Source: a virus (taxonomy: Duplodnaviria; Caudoviricetes). From it: 64,000 nt of DNA. The stretch covers positions 1 to 64,000 of IMG/VR virus record IMGVR_UViG_3300032218_001677; one strand, 5' to 3'. Position numbers and translations under genes: made by a program. Below, in pieces: positions 53,449 to 62,975 of this stretch. Each line of letters starts with the position of its first letter. Within the stretch, counting starts at the first letter, position 1. Below the pieces are notes generated by a model that was given only the letters and a program-made list of their open reading frames with translations, was not told the DNA's origin and made no database searches.

Positions 53449-54703
53449 GGGTCACTCTCCGATAGTTATAAATCGCTGAAACAATCGTATCAGCGGCGGG
53501 TCGGAGGGTAGTACGAGTTTTTGCAAGCAGTTCTTTTGGAAGTGTGATACCAACAAGATCTTCCTGTAATTCTTTAAGGTCTGCCTCTTCTTCTCCAATA
53601 TGCCACTTGACCAGGGAGTTTAAAGAACTAATTTGGTTTCTAAACAATGATGATGAGAAATCATCAGCTAGCTCGATAACTTGTGCTACTAGCTCTGGGT
53701 ACCTATAGCACACGTCCATTCCTGAGATAATAATAACCTTACGTAAGGCTTCATCAGAAGATTTATCCCAAGGTAAATCCAGCCCCTCACGATTAAAGTC
53801 ATTGAGCATCAAACTCAGAATTGGACTGGTGTTATCTAACACTGTGTCAAGTGTTTCCATTAGGGATGCTTGAACACCTTTGCTAGAAAACATAAGAACT
53901 GGGGATTCTGCTCCACGCATACGGTCGGTGCTAAAGAACTTGTCAATCATTTGACGAACGGTTGTTCGTGAAACACCAGCGTCTAGTAGAAGTTTGATTG
54001 TTCTGCGGAGAATGTTCATGTCCTGAAAGGAGTACGAACAAACCATTACTGATCTGGGATGGTAAACAAAGTAACTAGCTAAGTCGTTTACCTCTGGTCG
54101 GGGTTTACGTTTTACTGGTTCTTCAACCTTTGCTTTTTCGTTTACGTCTGCTCCAAGAATCATATCCTCTACCTTATCACGAGGGCCATCGGCCTTCTTT
54201 ACGGTTTTATTACTATTACTCTCTATTATTACTATTTCTCTAGAGATCAGCGCTTTTGTTACTTGTGCTGGTGTTATGTTCATTTTGATAGGGTCATGGG
54301 TGACCCCATTGGGGGTAGTGGGTAGGGTCATGGGTGACCCTATTAAGGGTGTTGTGTTGGTGGTTGATAGGGTCATGGGTGACCCTATTGCTGGTTGTGT
54401 GTAGTTAATAATGTAAGTGTTTGGTTTTGGTTTTTGTCGTAATTTTGTTGTGATTATTTGTTGCTCTGAGAGCCATTTGAGTGATCGTTTTACAGTTTCT
54501 TTTGAAGTGTACGATGCATCAGCAATCTCTTGAATAGACGCCGAAACAGATTTATTATGGATGTGCATCATTGAAACAAGGCATGTTAAAACCTGCAGAT
54601 CGCGTGGTTGACCATGCTTAAAAATGAGGGGCACTGCCCACTCAGGGACTGCTAAAAAGCGTCCACCAAAAACGTTACTGGTTCCCATTGGACTAGTGAT
54701 CAT
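53438..54703 (-). CDS. Replication initiator with N-terminal winged HTH
   Basis: ASIQEIADASYTSKETVKRSLKWLSEQQII; sits upstream of loader, helicase and primase; internal DNA repeats. Confidence 0.75.
   Translation of the reverse strand: MITSPMGTSNVFGGRFLAVPEWAVPLIFKHGQPRDLQVLTCLVSMMHIHNKSVSASIQEIADASYTSKETVKRSLKWLSEQQIITTKLRQKPKPNTYIINYTQPAIGSPMTLSTTNTTPLIGSPMTLPTTPNGVTHDPIKMNITPAQVTKALISREIVIIESNSNKTVKKADGPRDKVEDMILGADVNEKAKVEEPVKRKPRPEVNDLASYFVYHPRSVMVCSYSFQDMNILRRTIKLLLDAGVSRTTVRQMIDKFFSTDRMRGAESPVLMFSSKGVQASLMETLDTVLDNTSPILSLMLNDFNREGLDLPWDKSSDEALRKVIIISGMDVCYRYPELVAQVIELADDFSSSLFRNQISSLNSLVKWHIGEEEADLKELQEDLVGITLPKELLAKTRTTLRPAADTIVSAIYNYRRVTHGN
54288..54389. repeat. Three iteron-like palindromic repeats GGGTCA-TGGG-TGACCC (putative replication origin)
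   Basis: Cores at 54291, 54325 and 54370 inside the initiator gene; spacing 34 is out of frame. Confidence 0.8.
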
Positions 54704-54779
54704 AGCCCACTCCAGCTGTCTCCACAACCAACATTCAAAAATGGTACGATTTAGGGTGGACAAAACAACCGGGAGTTTT

Positions 54780-55214
54780 ATGAAAGATTTAATCAAGTCG
54801 CTCAAAGTGCTAATGTCAGATGTAGTCACTTTCTATTTTATGGCACATGGTTATCATTGGAACGTAGAGGGTCCAGATTTTAGTCAATATCATGAACTAT
54901 TTGAAACAATCTATTCAGATGCTTATAGTTCAATTGACCCAATTGCTGAAAACATCCGTAAGTTAGATGATTATGCCCCGTTTAGTCTTCAGAAGTTTCT
55001 TGATTTAAGAACTATTGAATTTAAAGATGTACAACCTAACCCTAAAGCAATGGCAAATTCTTTACTAACTGCTAATGACGCACTATTGGGTGTTCTTAAA
55101 GATACTTTTGATGTATCTATAAAAGCTGACGAACAGGGCATTGCTAATTTCTTGGCAGAACGTATTGACATGCATCAAAAATGGGCTTGGCAACTCCGAG
55201 CCTCAACCAAGTAA
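54780..55214 (+). CDS. dps: Dps (DNA-binding ferritin-like protein)
   Basis: HGYHWNVEGPDFSQYHELFE...D.IAENIRKL...HQKWAWQL; RBS GGGAG. Confidence 0.95.
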   Translation: MKDLIKSLKVLMSDVVTFYFMAHGYHWNVEGPDFSQYHELFETIYSDAYSSIDPIAENIRKLDDYAPFSLQKFLDLRTIEFKDVQPNPKAMANSLLTANDALLGVLKDTFDVSIKADEQGIANFLAERIDMHQKWAWQLRASTK

Positions 55215-55223
55215 GGAGCCAAC

Positions 55224-55388
55224 ATGGCAGCTAAAAAGAAGCATCCTGGATTTGAAAAAGTACAGGAAGAAATTGCTCGTAAGTCTGGTGTGAGTAAGGA
55301 AAGTGCCGGTGCTATTCTTGCAGCCAGTTCTCGTAAAGCTTCACCAGCAGCTAAAAAGAAAAACCCTAATCTTAAGAAGGTGAAGTGA
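55224..55388 (+). CDS. Small Lys-rich basic protein (54 aa)
   Basis: Manual translation MAAKKKHPGFEKVQEEIARKSGVSKESAGAILAASSRKASPAAKKKNPNLKKVK; RBS AAGGAG. Confidence 0.75.
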   Translation: MAAKKKHPGFEKVQEEIARKSGVSKESAGAILAASSRKASPAAKKKNPNLKKVK

Positions 55389-55687
55389 TGGCAGAAAAGA
55401 AAAAAGCACCAGCTAAAAAGACCGCTGCTTGGTCACGTTCTGAAGGAAAAGACCCTAAGGGTGGACTTAACGAAAAGGGTCGTAAGTCTTATGAACGGGA
55501 GCATCCCGGTAGTGACCTTAAGCCACCGGTAAAGAAAGAACAAGCTGCTAAGTCTGAGAAATCAGCAGCTCGTCGTGATTCTTTTTGTGCTCGTATGGAA
55601 GGTATGAAGAAGAAGAACACTTCTTCTAAAACTGCCAACGATCCTGATTCCCGTATTAATAAATCTCTTCGTGCTTGGGATTGCTGA
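55388..55687 (+). CDS. Basic protein, DUF6321-like
   Basis: WSRSEGKDPKGGLNEKGR...RRDSFCARMEG...SRINKSLRAWDC; TGATG coupling. Confidence 0.75.
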   Translation: MAEKKKAPAKKTAAWSRSEGKDPKGGLNEKGRKSYEREHPGSDLKPPVKKEQAAKSEKSAARRDSFCARMEGMKKKNTSSKTANDPDSRINKSLRAWDC

Positions 55688-55851
55688 TGGTTGCTAAAAA
55701 GAAGGTATGGGAAACCAAAGACCCCACTAAGTCTGATAAGAAACTAACCCCCGAGCAGAAGGCCAAGGCAAAAGCCGCCGCCAAGGCCGCGGGTCGCCCT
55801 TATCCTAATCTTATTGACAATATGAAAGCGTCTAAGAAGGGAGGTAAGTAA
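55687..55851 (+). CDS. Small Lys/Ala-rich basic protein (54 aa)
   Basis: Manual translation MVAKKKVWETKDPTKSDKKLTPEQKAKAKAAAKAAGRPYPNLIDNMKASKKGGK; TGATG coupling. Confidence 0.75.
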   Translation: MVAKKKVWETKDPTKSDKKLTPEQKAKAKAAAKAAGRPYPNLIDNMKASKKGGK

Positions 55852-55853
55852 GT

Positions 55854-55967
55854 ATGTGTGCAGCATGTGGATGTGGTCTCAAAGACAAGAAAGATCCTGG
55901 TTACGGCAAGGGTCCCGCAAAGAAGAAAGCAGCGCCAGCTAAGAAGGCAGCTCCTAAGAAGAAGTGA
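55854..55967 (+). CDS. 37-aa Cys-headed, histone-H1-like peptide
   Basis: Manual translation MCAACGCGLKDKKDPGYGKGPAKKKAAPAKKAAPKKK; RBS GGAGG. Confidence 0.65.
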   Translation: MCAACGCGLKDKKDPGYGKGPAKKKAAPAKKAAPKKK

Positions 55968-56001
55968 ACTCACTAATTTAATAGTAGTTACTATTGAATA
56001 A

Positions 56002-56029
56002 CAAAAGGCCCCCGCAAGGGGGCCTTTTG
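56002..56029. terminator. Bidirectional terminator between convergent operons
   Basis: CAAAAGGCCCCC-GCAA-GGGGGCCTTTTG, GNRA loop. Confidence 0.85.
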
Positions 56030-56061
56030 CTTGGTTTGGGAACCGTATGTGAAGGACAATG

Positions 56062-56835
56062 TTACTCGTCTGATTGACTATCTACAACTAAATTCATAAT
56101 CTTTTTCAAAAGATCTTTGTTCATTCCAAAACCAAGTTCAGTCCCGTCATTAAATAACAACAGTATTGAACCAATTTCAATGTCTTCTTTGACTTTGGTT
56201 GAACCAGTCAAAGCGTCAATTGCTTCTTCTTTGTTCTTTACAAGAAACCCAGCGTTAGCTGCCATTCTTTTTACCGATGCAGCTGGCATAATTTCAAGAG
56301 TTTCTCTATCAAAGCTAGTTACATCTAAATCAAGAACTTTGTCCAGATGGTCTTCCATTTCAGATACCTCTGTTACTGACAGGGTTATTTCATTTTGTTC
56401 TGGCGGGTCAACTACAATTGGGCACAAACCATTAGTAAGTTCTAATGATTCAAGGCCACGATTAATTGTACTATTGGCAAGATTAAGTGAACGCTCAGGA
56501 TTGGTTTCATCCCACATAATTAAAGCAATCCCAGGCTTACAGTCAACCAAAAGATCAATTACTGTAGAATCTACATCCTCTACCAAAGTTACATTTAAAG
56601 CATTTTTACTTAATGCTTTTGGAAGTGGGCGGCCTTCTGAAGAAGCAACTATCTCGTAGTCAATTTCATTATCTAACATCCAGTCATAGACACATTCCAT
56701 TGATGGAGATATTGTCTTTGAACCATACCAGGGGACTACAAAAGCATGTTTTGCAATATCATTAAGTGAAGCATTAATTACTTCCTTAGGGACACTTGCC
56801 CCACCAAGAATTCCGTACGTATTTGTCTTTGCCAT
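56062..56835 (-). CDS. Hypothetical protein
   Basis: Start reassigned to MAKTN after AGGAG. Confidence 0.65.
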   Translation of the reverse strand: MAKTNTYGILGGASVPKEVINASLNDIAKHAFVVPWYGSKTISPSMECVYDWMLDNEIDYEIVASSEGRPLPKALSKNALNVTLVEDVDSTVIDLLVDCKPGIALIMWDETNPERSLNLANSTINRGLESLELTNGLCPIVVDPPEQNEITLSVTEVSEMEDHLDKVLDLDVTSFDRETLEIMPAASVKRMAANAGFLVKNKEEAIDALTGSTKVKEDIEIGSILLLFNDGTELGFGMNKDLLKKIMNLVVDSQSDE

Positions 56836-56842
56836 AACGCTC

Positions 56843-57097
56843 CTATCGAAGACTCTTGCGGTGTGCAGCATCTCCACTAAGAGTCAATAGGCGGAGTGCT
56901 GAATGCACTGTACCAGATAAAGCTGCAATTGCAGCACCATCTACAAGTATATTATCCGTGTCTATGGCAAAACACGAAATGTAGGATAGGGCTATTGAAG
57001 CCAATATTTTGACCCATGGCATTGCCTCTTTTGGCAACAACGAGTCAATAAGTTGTAACACTTTATATACAGCTAGTGAAGCTATTACTAAGTTCAT
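56843..57097 (-). CDS. Small membrane protein, holin-like
   Basis: Two to three hydrophobic segments, basic C-terminus. Confidence 0.55.
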   Translation of the reverse strand: MNLVIASLAVYKVLQLIDSLLPKEAMPWVKILASIALSYISCFAIDTDNILVDGAAIAALSGTVHSALRLLTLSGDAAHRKSLR

Positions 57098-59412
57098 GTA
57101 TCTCCTGGTATCTTATCGTATGTAATAGTGTACTTATAATTTGGTGTTTTTACAGGATTCCCAACTGTTGTTTTATAATAACCATTGCTATAAAGAGTTC
57201 CTGATGAAATAGTTTCTCTAACAGGAAGTAAGTCTTTTAACAACCTAGACACAATTTGTGTAGTTTTTTTCCAGTTAGTTGTATACACAGAAAAAGAGTT
57301 ACTAGGTGACCCTAACCATCTATAGTCAGAAATGCTTCCAGTTGAGCCATTACCACTCAACAACCAACCACCTTCAACAGTATCCCCATCAAAGTATTTA
57401 CCAATGTAGTTTCTTTCCAACAAAATATATTTAAAATCAGAGTATGAAATGCTATTAGAGTTATAGCTAGTATTATACTCAATAGTTAATTTTGCATTAG
57501 TGTAGGTTGTTACCGTGTCTGGTATAACTATTCTCCAATATTTTGTATTACCAAAAGTTTGTGGTGCAGAGTCTAGTGCTATAAGACTTGTACTACCACC
57601 AGCTATTCCAGACGAGTTGTAAATAGCAACATTATCAATTGCTCCTGGAACATCTGGTTCACCACCCGCAATGTTAGGGATGTTTATTGAAAAATAAAAA
57701 ACATCTCCACCAATTACTTTTACATCAGCACCAACTGTTTCTAAGATATCGTGAGAAAAATTATTGGGGCTAGTAAAACTTAACCATTTTTCTGTAGTGG
57801 GTGTGGCAGCACTAGAAACATTATTGTACAAACCACCATCAACTGTAGTTGCTTGTGCTGTACCAACCTCACCAGAGTCATATACAACTGCTGAGTTATC
57901 AGATGGCCCGCCACCTTCTACACCAGCTGCTACTCCCCAAAAGAATTTGGGGTCTTTAATAAGGTTAACTCTTTGTGAATACACTTTTATTGTTTTAGCT
58001 GTGTCGTTTATTTCTACATTTGCACCAACTATTGCTTCTAAAAACTGCTCAATTGAAGAACCGGTACCATTTTTTTTGCGTGAGTTACTAAGAATAGTAA
58101 GAAGGTCTCTTAATCTTTGAGAGCCAAGATCGCTAACAGTTACACCAGCACCTAAATCTGCAGCAATATAATCTAGGGTTTCTTCGTTAGCTACCCATGG
58201 GTCTTTCATTGACATTGAAAAATCTAGAGTAGTTCTAAATTTATCTACGTCCCATCCAAATATTGATAAGTATTTTTTAAGGTCGCCAGTTCCAATTTCA
58301 TCTTGGTACTGGTAATACATTGGTATTTTTGAATACAAACTTTCGGTTGAACCATAGTTTGATGGAACTAGTACTTCTAGTTTTGATACAGGTTCATAAT
58401 AGTCATCACCATTATTAGAGCGGTACCTAATAAACATAGTGTAATATGCCCACTCACCTGTTATCCCAGTATGGATGTATTCTTCAATTGTGCGTGTTTC
58501 TAATAATACAGATCCCTCTGCAATAGTATCTGGGCAACCTATAGGGGAATACACAATGTGTACTGAGTATGGTTCTGCAGTTACCCCAAGTTCGTATAAA
58601 GTAAGGCCCCAAGTTACAGTTACTTGTTGGTAATCAGTAGGTGTAGCATCAAAGAACGCGGCATTTGAAAGAGTATTACCGGCTACAAGAGCAGTACTTA
58701 ATACAGGTGCAGTTTGTACGTTGTCGCCCTTTATGTAAGTAGCAGAAGCACTTGAGGTATTGCTAGATGTATAAACTTCTCCAAACTTTGATATTTTACG
58801 GCGTGCTACACCACCCGATACATAAAGACCATCTGCTTTAGTGGCAACTGTCAAAACCAAGTTATTTGTGCCTGTTACGCCACCAAGACTTGCGCCAGGA
58901 ATAGTAATCGTGTTACCTACGGCGTAATTAGAGCCACCACTGGTTACAGTAACTGTTGTAAATCCACTGTAAACAGTGCCCGAACCAGTTTTTGTAATAG
59001 TAAATACCGCACCACTACCAGTACCACTAGTTGCGCTTTGGGTGACTCCAGTATAAGTTGCCGCTGCCGTGACGCTAGGTTGAGAAGTACCAGCAAAGGT
59101 AAATGTTGTAGAACCATCAGTTCCAAGTGCAGACTTTGGGTTGTTGTTAACATACACAAAAAAGAATGAATTAGTACCAACACCAGATATAACCCCTTTA
59201 TAACTATATGAATTAGGAGTTGTACCAATAATTTCTACAGTGTCACCTGCTACAAAACCGTGAGGTTTATCTGTTGTGTAGCTTTGTGTGACATAACCAG
59301 GAGAATAAACTGCTGCGGTTATATTTAATATGGGAGTTGCTTCAGGTTCATATTGAAGGTATGAACCTCCCTCACCAGTAATTCTTCTTACTGTAAAAGA
59401 TCTACGTGCCAT
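57094..59412 (-). CDS. Baseplate wedge / tail protein I-like with fibre-like N-terminal inserts
   Basis: LYSKIPMYY...LKKYLSIFGWDVD...KNGT..SIEQFLEAI; follows the J-like gene. Confidence 0.7.
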   Translation of the reverse strand: MARRSFTVRRITGEGGSYLQYEPEATPILNITAAVYSPGYVTQSYTTDKPHGFVAGDTVEIIGTTPNSYSYKGVISGVGTNSFFFVYVNNNPKSALGTDGSTTFTFAGTSQPSVTAAATYTGVTQSATSGTGSGAVFTITKTGSGTVYSGFTTVTVTSGGSNYAVGNTITIPGASLGGVTGTNNLVLTVATKADGLYVSGGVARRKISKFGEVYTSSNTSSASATYIKGDNVQTAPVLSTALVAGNTLSNAAFFDATPTDYQQVTVTWGLTLYELGVTAEPYSVHIVYSPIGCPDTIAEGSVLLETRTIEEYIHTGITGEWAYYTMFIRYRSNNGDDYYEPVSKLEVLVPSNYGSTESLYSKIPMYYQYQDEIGTGDLKKYLSIFGWDVDKFRTTLDFSMSMKDPWVANEETLDYIAADLGAGVTVSDLGSQRLRDLLTILSNSRKKNGTGSSIEQFLEAIVGANVEINDTAKTIKVYSQRVNLIKDPKFFWGVAAGVEGGGPSDNSAVVYDSGEVGTAQATTVDGGLYNNVSSAATPTTEKWLSFTSPNNFSHDILETVGADVKVIGGDVFYFSINIPNIAGGEPDVPGAIDNVAIYNSSGIAGGSTSLIALDSAPQTFGNTKYWRIVIPDTVTTYTNAKLTIEYNTSYNSNSISYSDFKYILLERNYIGKYFDGDTVEGGWLLSGNGSTGSISDYRWLGSPSNSFSVYTTNWKKTTQIVSRLLKDLLPVRETISSGTLYSNGYYKTTVGNPVKTPNYKYTITYDKIPGDT

Positions 59413-60897
59413 TTAGGAAACTACCATCCCTCCAGAAAAGGTAATAGATACAGAACCTTTTCTTATCAGGTGTGTTGGGTCTAACACAGTAATTTCTGTA
59501 CCAACTGAGTTTACAACTTTAAATTCTGATATTTCAATATAATCAACCCCATTTATAGCCATTACAGCTTTATAAACGTCAGCTTTTCTTATTTGTTTAC
59601 CAAAATCAGTAGCATCAAAATCTAGTAGACCATCTATTGCATTATATACGTTACTAGCCACAGCACTACTTACAAACCCATCAGATACATACACTGCAGC
59701 AATTATATTTAGTTTGTCTAATACTATTGTGCTTGCTGCAATAGGTTTTACACCAAGCATAGAACGTGGAGTAATACGATCAACTATGGCTGTTTTTATA
59801 GAACTAGGTACGGTAATTGAATTAGTATTAGTATCTTGTAGTGTTAAAAAGTTACTTATGTAAGGCAAACCATACAGAATTACTGAAGCACCACCACTAG
59901 CCGAACCTACTCCTGGAGTGTATGTAGCTACTGCTTTATATACACCATTGACAGCGCGCGTAAGGTCTTCATAATCTTTTAAGGTAACAGCTCTATCTTG
60001 TGTGCGAATATACGAAATAATATTAGATTTTAGTGTTTCTGCAGTTTCGCCATTAGTACCACCAGTAGCTGCCGTTGAGGAAGCTATAGTTATATAGGAT
60101 GGAGTAGAGCTAGTTAATGTTTTTATTAAGTTGCTTCCAATATTCCCATTGGCACCAGAACTTCTAGTGTAGTTAGTTGTTATAGTAGACCCAGCAGGAG
60201 GAATAAACCCATTAATTCTGTTACCAAAGTTTATTTGTACTTTGCCAGATGCAGCAAGAAGTACACTAAATCCTCTTGAGTTTTGTGGGATATCTTGAAT
60301 AGTTTCGTATCTAACCCAGGTTGTTGCAGTACCTTCTTCAGTAACGCTCACTCCTATTGTAGACAAATCAGCATCCGAATTAGCTAGTAAATAAGTTTGG
60401 TTAGGCAAACCAGATGCAGATGACACTAAGGTCTCATCAAATATTTGAGTACCTTCACGAAGTTCAATAGTAGTTGATTGACCTGGGTAAACAATATTTT
60501 CAGCAACTGAATAAAAATTGTAAGTAACTCCACCAGAGGACGCAGTAAACTTTGAACCTTCATCAAATGTATACATATTTGTAGACGCACCAGATTGGTT
60601 ACTTACGTCAACATAAGCTGTTGAGGACACTCTGCCACTTGGGCGGTACCCAAACATATTTGCGTATGCTAAAAGGCTTTCTCGTTGAGTAGCAGTAGTA
60701 ATAAAAGACTCCCTACCAGCTCTGTCAATGTAGTAGTTCATAATGTCACCCATGTATGACCACAAATCTACAAATAACATACCAAAATCTGATGGATCTC
60801 TGTCTGTCCATTCAGGTGCTACATTTGCAGCACGATTAAGAAGGTCTTGTCTAATAGTGCTGTATGTTCTACTAGCGTAGTTAAATGACTGATCCAT
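59413..60897 (-). CDS. Baseplate wedge protein (J / T4 gp6-like)
   Basis: NYASRTYSTIRQDLL...WTDRDPSDFG...RAVTLKDYE. Confidence 0.9.
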   Translation of the reverse strand: MDQSFNYASRTYSTIRQDLLNRAANVAPEWTDRDPSDFGMLFVDLWSYMGDIMNYYIDRAGRESFITTATQRESLLAYANMFGYRPSGRVSSTAYVDVSNQSGASTNMYTFDEGSKFTASSGGVTYNFYSVAENIVYPGQSTTIELREGTQIFDETLVSSASGLPNQTYLLANSDADLSTIGVSVTEEGTATTWVRYETIQDIPQNSRGFSVLLAASGKVQINFGNRINGFIPPAGSTITTNYTRSSGANGNIGSNLIKTLTSSTPSYITIASSTAATGGTNGETAETLKSNIISYIRTQDRAVTLKDYEDLTRAVNGVYKAVATYTPGVGSASGGASVILYGLPYISNFLTLQDTNTNSITVPSSIKTAIVDRITPRSMLGVKPIAASTIVLDKLNIIAAVYVSDGFVSSAVASNVYNAIDGLLDFDATDFGKQIRKADVYKAVMAINGVDYIEISEFKVVNSVGTEITVLDPTHLIRKGSVSITFSGGMVVS

Positions 60898-60905
60898 TAC
60901 CCAAC

Positions 60906-61304
60906 CTACACAATCGTGTCTTCAGTAACTATACCTGGTATAGCTATTTTTACTTTACCACCTAGTATAGTCCCAATAGGTAGTCTATATGAAAGGTAAA
61001 CATTAAGAGTTGGGTCAGCAGAAGTAATAGATTCAGTGTCAAACCTCATATCCAGGATGGACGCATTAGATATACTGTCTTTCAAATCCATAAGAGCATC
61101 TACTTTTGCATCCATTAATATTAGTTCATCTGGAATTTCATTAATTAACTTTGTAATTGTACTCCCATAGGATGGATGTAATATGCGGTCTGATTTTAGA
61201 GTGTTTAAAACATTCTCAATTTTTTGATTAATAATAGTACCAATGTCGCTAGTTGATTGAGTTTTACCACCTACAAAACTAAACGGTGTTTTAATTGACT
61301 TCAT
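60906..61304 (-). CDS. Baseplate wedge subunit, gp25-like
   Basis: IKTPFSF...IENVLNTLKSDRILHPSYGS. Confidence 0.85.
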   Translation of the reverse strand: MKSIKTPFSFVGGKTQSTSDIGTIINQKIENVLNTLKSDRILHPSYGSTITKLINEIPDELILMDAKVDALMDLKDSISNASILDMRFDTESITSADPTLNVYLSYRLPIGTILGGKVKIAIPGIVTEDTIV

Positions 61305-61316
61305 ACATCCTCCTAA

Positions 61317-61580
61317 TTAAGCGTTTCCACCATTAATACTATTAAGTATAGTAGCATTAGTAATATTGCTTATTAAATACACTTTATTAAAATGTTCACC
61401 TTCAATAGCTACCAATAGTTGATCGCCTTCAGAAGGTGGCCAATCTGCACCAACACTAGTTGGTCTATACATAGATATAGTTTCATTAGATCCAAGGATT
61501 GACGGTATTTTTACGTAAACTTCTTGGTCTAATGCTCTGACTACAAGTGCTCTATGAATGGTTATGTCTGAACTAGGCAT
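61317..61580 (-). CDS. Short baseplate spike OB-fold-like protein
   Basis: IHRALVV...VYVKIPSILG...PPSEGDQLLVAIEG. Confidence 0.65.
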   Translation of the reverse strand: MPSSDITIHRALVVRALDQEVYVKIPSILGSNETISMYRPTSVGADWPPSEGDQLLVAIEGEHFNKVYLISNITNATILNSINGGNA

Positions 61581-62733
61581 ACTCTAATACCTCAGATGTT
61601 TCTGCTACCCACTTATCATTAATAAGTTTGGACGTAGGTGGATTAGTAAAGCGTTTTGAAAGTACATTACTTTGAGATTTTTCATATTTGTTATCTTTAG
61701 ATACTAATAAATCTGTTACATAATTTTCTGATTTTACCATGTGTTTAACATCTGTTATATACCACAAACCATCAAAATCTGATGAATATCCATCTAAGTC
61801 TATTACTCCACCTGGTACTGCACCTGCTCCATAAAGAACTTTAATAGAAGCGTTGTACACATAATTGTATTTATCAGTTGAGTCAACCATACGTAAACCT
61901 TCCTCTAAGGAAGAAGCTGAATAATACAATGGCTTTTTAAATAGTTTAATTAATGAAGGGTCACCAGGGTTATACTCAGTACCATCAGAAGTAACTGTAT
62001 GTATGTTATTTTGGTTATCTAGTATTGTAATAGTGGATTTACTAGCATTAGTAGAAGATGAAACACGTCCAAGTGTTCCTTCAAAATTTATAACTGAGAA
62101 TGGTTGGTTAGACTGTGTTCTAGAACTAGTTATAGCCTTATGATAACTAGTTAGTCTTCCATTAGCTTTATCCCTATTCCAAATATGTAAATGTGTTCCA
62201 TGTAGTGTAAAACTTAAACCAAAAGTTTTACATACTCTGTTCAAAAAGGCCCAATCACTTTCCATAGATTGTACAAGTCTTACTGGACGATAGGTTTCTT
62301 TAGGGTAGTCAACACTGAACCTATATCTTGATGTTATATCATTTATAATATCAGTTAATGACGGATAATCCCAAACTTTAGATCTTATTTCTTTCATTGA
62401 GTATGAGGCCCCTATACAGTACAACCTAGCTAACTGTACTGGACTTTTATTAACAAAGCCGTCTTTGTTATTAATTAGTGGTTCAGTGTAGGATACGTAC
62501 CCATTAAACTCTTGATTACGCCCGGAAGAAGAACCAACAAAAAATCTAACTGGTGCACCTATATATTCTGTTAATGATTTAGGTGGAACACCCGTCATAG
62601 TTATAATTAACAAATCATGCTTGTTTTCTGACAAAGATAATTCATACTCAATTACAGAGTTATATAAAACTTGCATGTTATTAATGATCAATTCAGTTTT
62701 ACCTGCAAAATTGTTTAAAGATTTAACTATCAT
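61573..62733 (-). CDS. Baseplate hub (gpD / gp27-like)
   Basis: QSMESDWAFLNRVCKTFG; PGGVIDLDGYSSDFDGLWYITDVKH. Confidence 0.85.
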   Translation of the reverse strand: MIVKSLNNFAGKTELIINNMQVLYNSVIEYELSLSENKHDLLIITMTGVPPKSLTEYIGAPVRFFVGSSSGRNQEFNGYVSYTEPLINNKDGFVNKSPVQLARLYCIGASYSMKEIRSKVWDYPSLTDIINDITSRYRFSVDYPKETYRPVRLVQSMESDWAFLNRVCKTFGLSFTLHGTHLHIWNRDKANGRLTSYHKAITSSRTQSNQPFSVINFEGTLGRVSSSTNASKSTITILDNQNNIHTVTSDGTEYNPGDPSLIKLFKKPLYYSASSLEEGLRMVDSTDKYNYVYNASIKVLYGAGAVPGGVIDLDGYSSDFDGLWYITDVKHMVKSENYVTDLLVSKDNKYEKSQSNVLSKRFTNPPTSKLINDKWVAETSEVLEYA

Positions 62734-62975
62734 AATGGTATCCTAATTAAAGTTCCAACTGGTATTTCATCAGCCCATTGCACTTGAGGATTTATATCTG
62801 CAATTTCCCAATACCTTGATTGATCATTAAGTAGCCTCATACTAAGTTTCATAAAAGTGTCACCTTGTACAGAGGTATACACATCATAGGCACCACCAAC
62901 AAACTTGTTTCTAGAAGCTGTTTGTCCAGAGGCGTCAAGTGCATACCGATCCGTTGATAAATAAGTAGTTTTCAT
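62730..62975 (-). CDS. LysM / tail-X-like baseplate protein
   Basis: YTSVQGDTFMKLSMRLLNDQSRYWEIADINP...IPVGTLIRIP. Confidence 0.85.
   Translation of the reverse strand: MKTTYLSTDRYALDASGQTASRNKFVGGAYDVYTSVQGDTFMKLSMRLLNDQSRYWEIADINPQVQWADEIPVGTLIRIPL

Noticed and set aside
54320-54327. GGGTAGGG matching the KOPS consensus beside the iterons
   Set aside because: A single 8-mer partly made of the iteron itself; no polarised KOPS distribution was established
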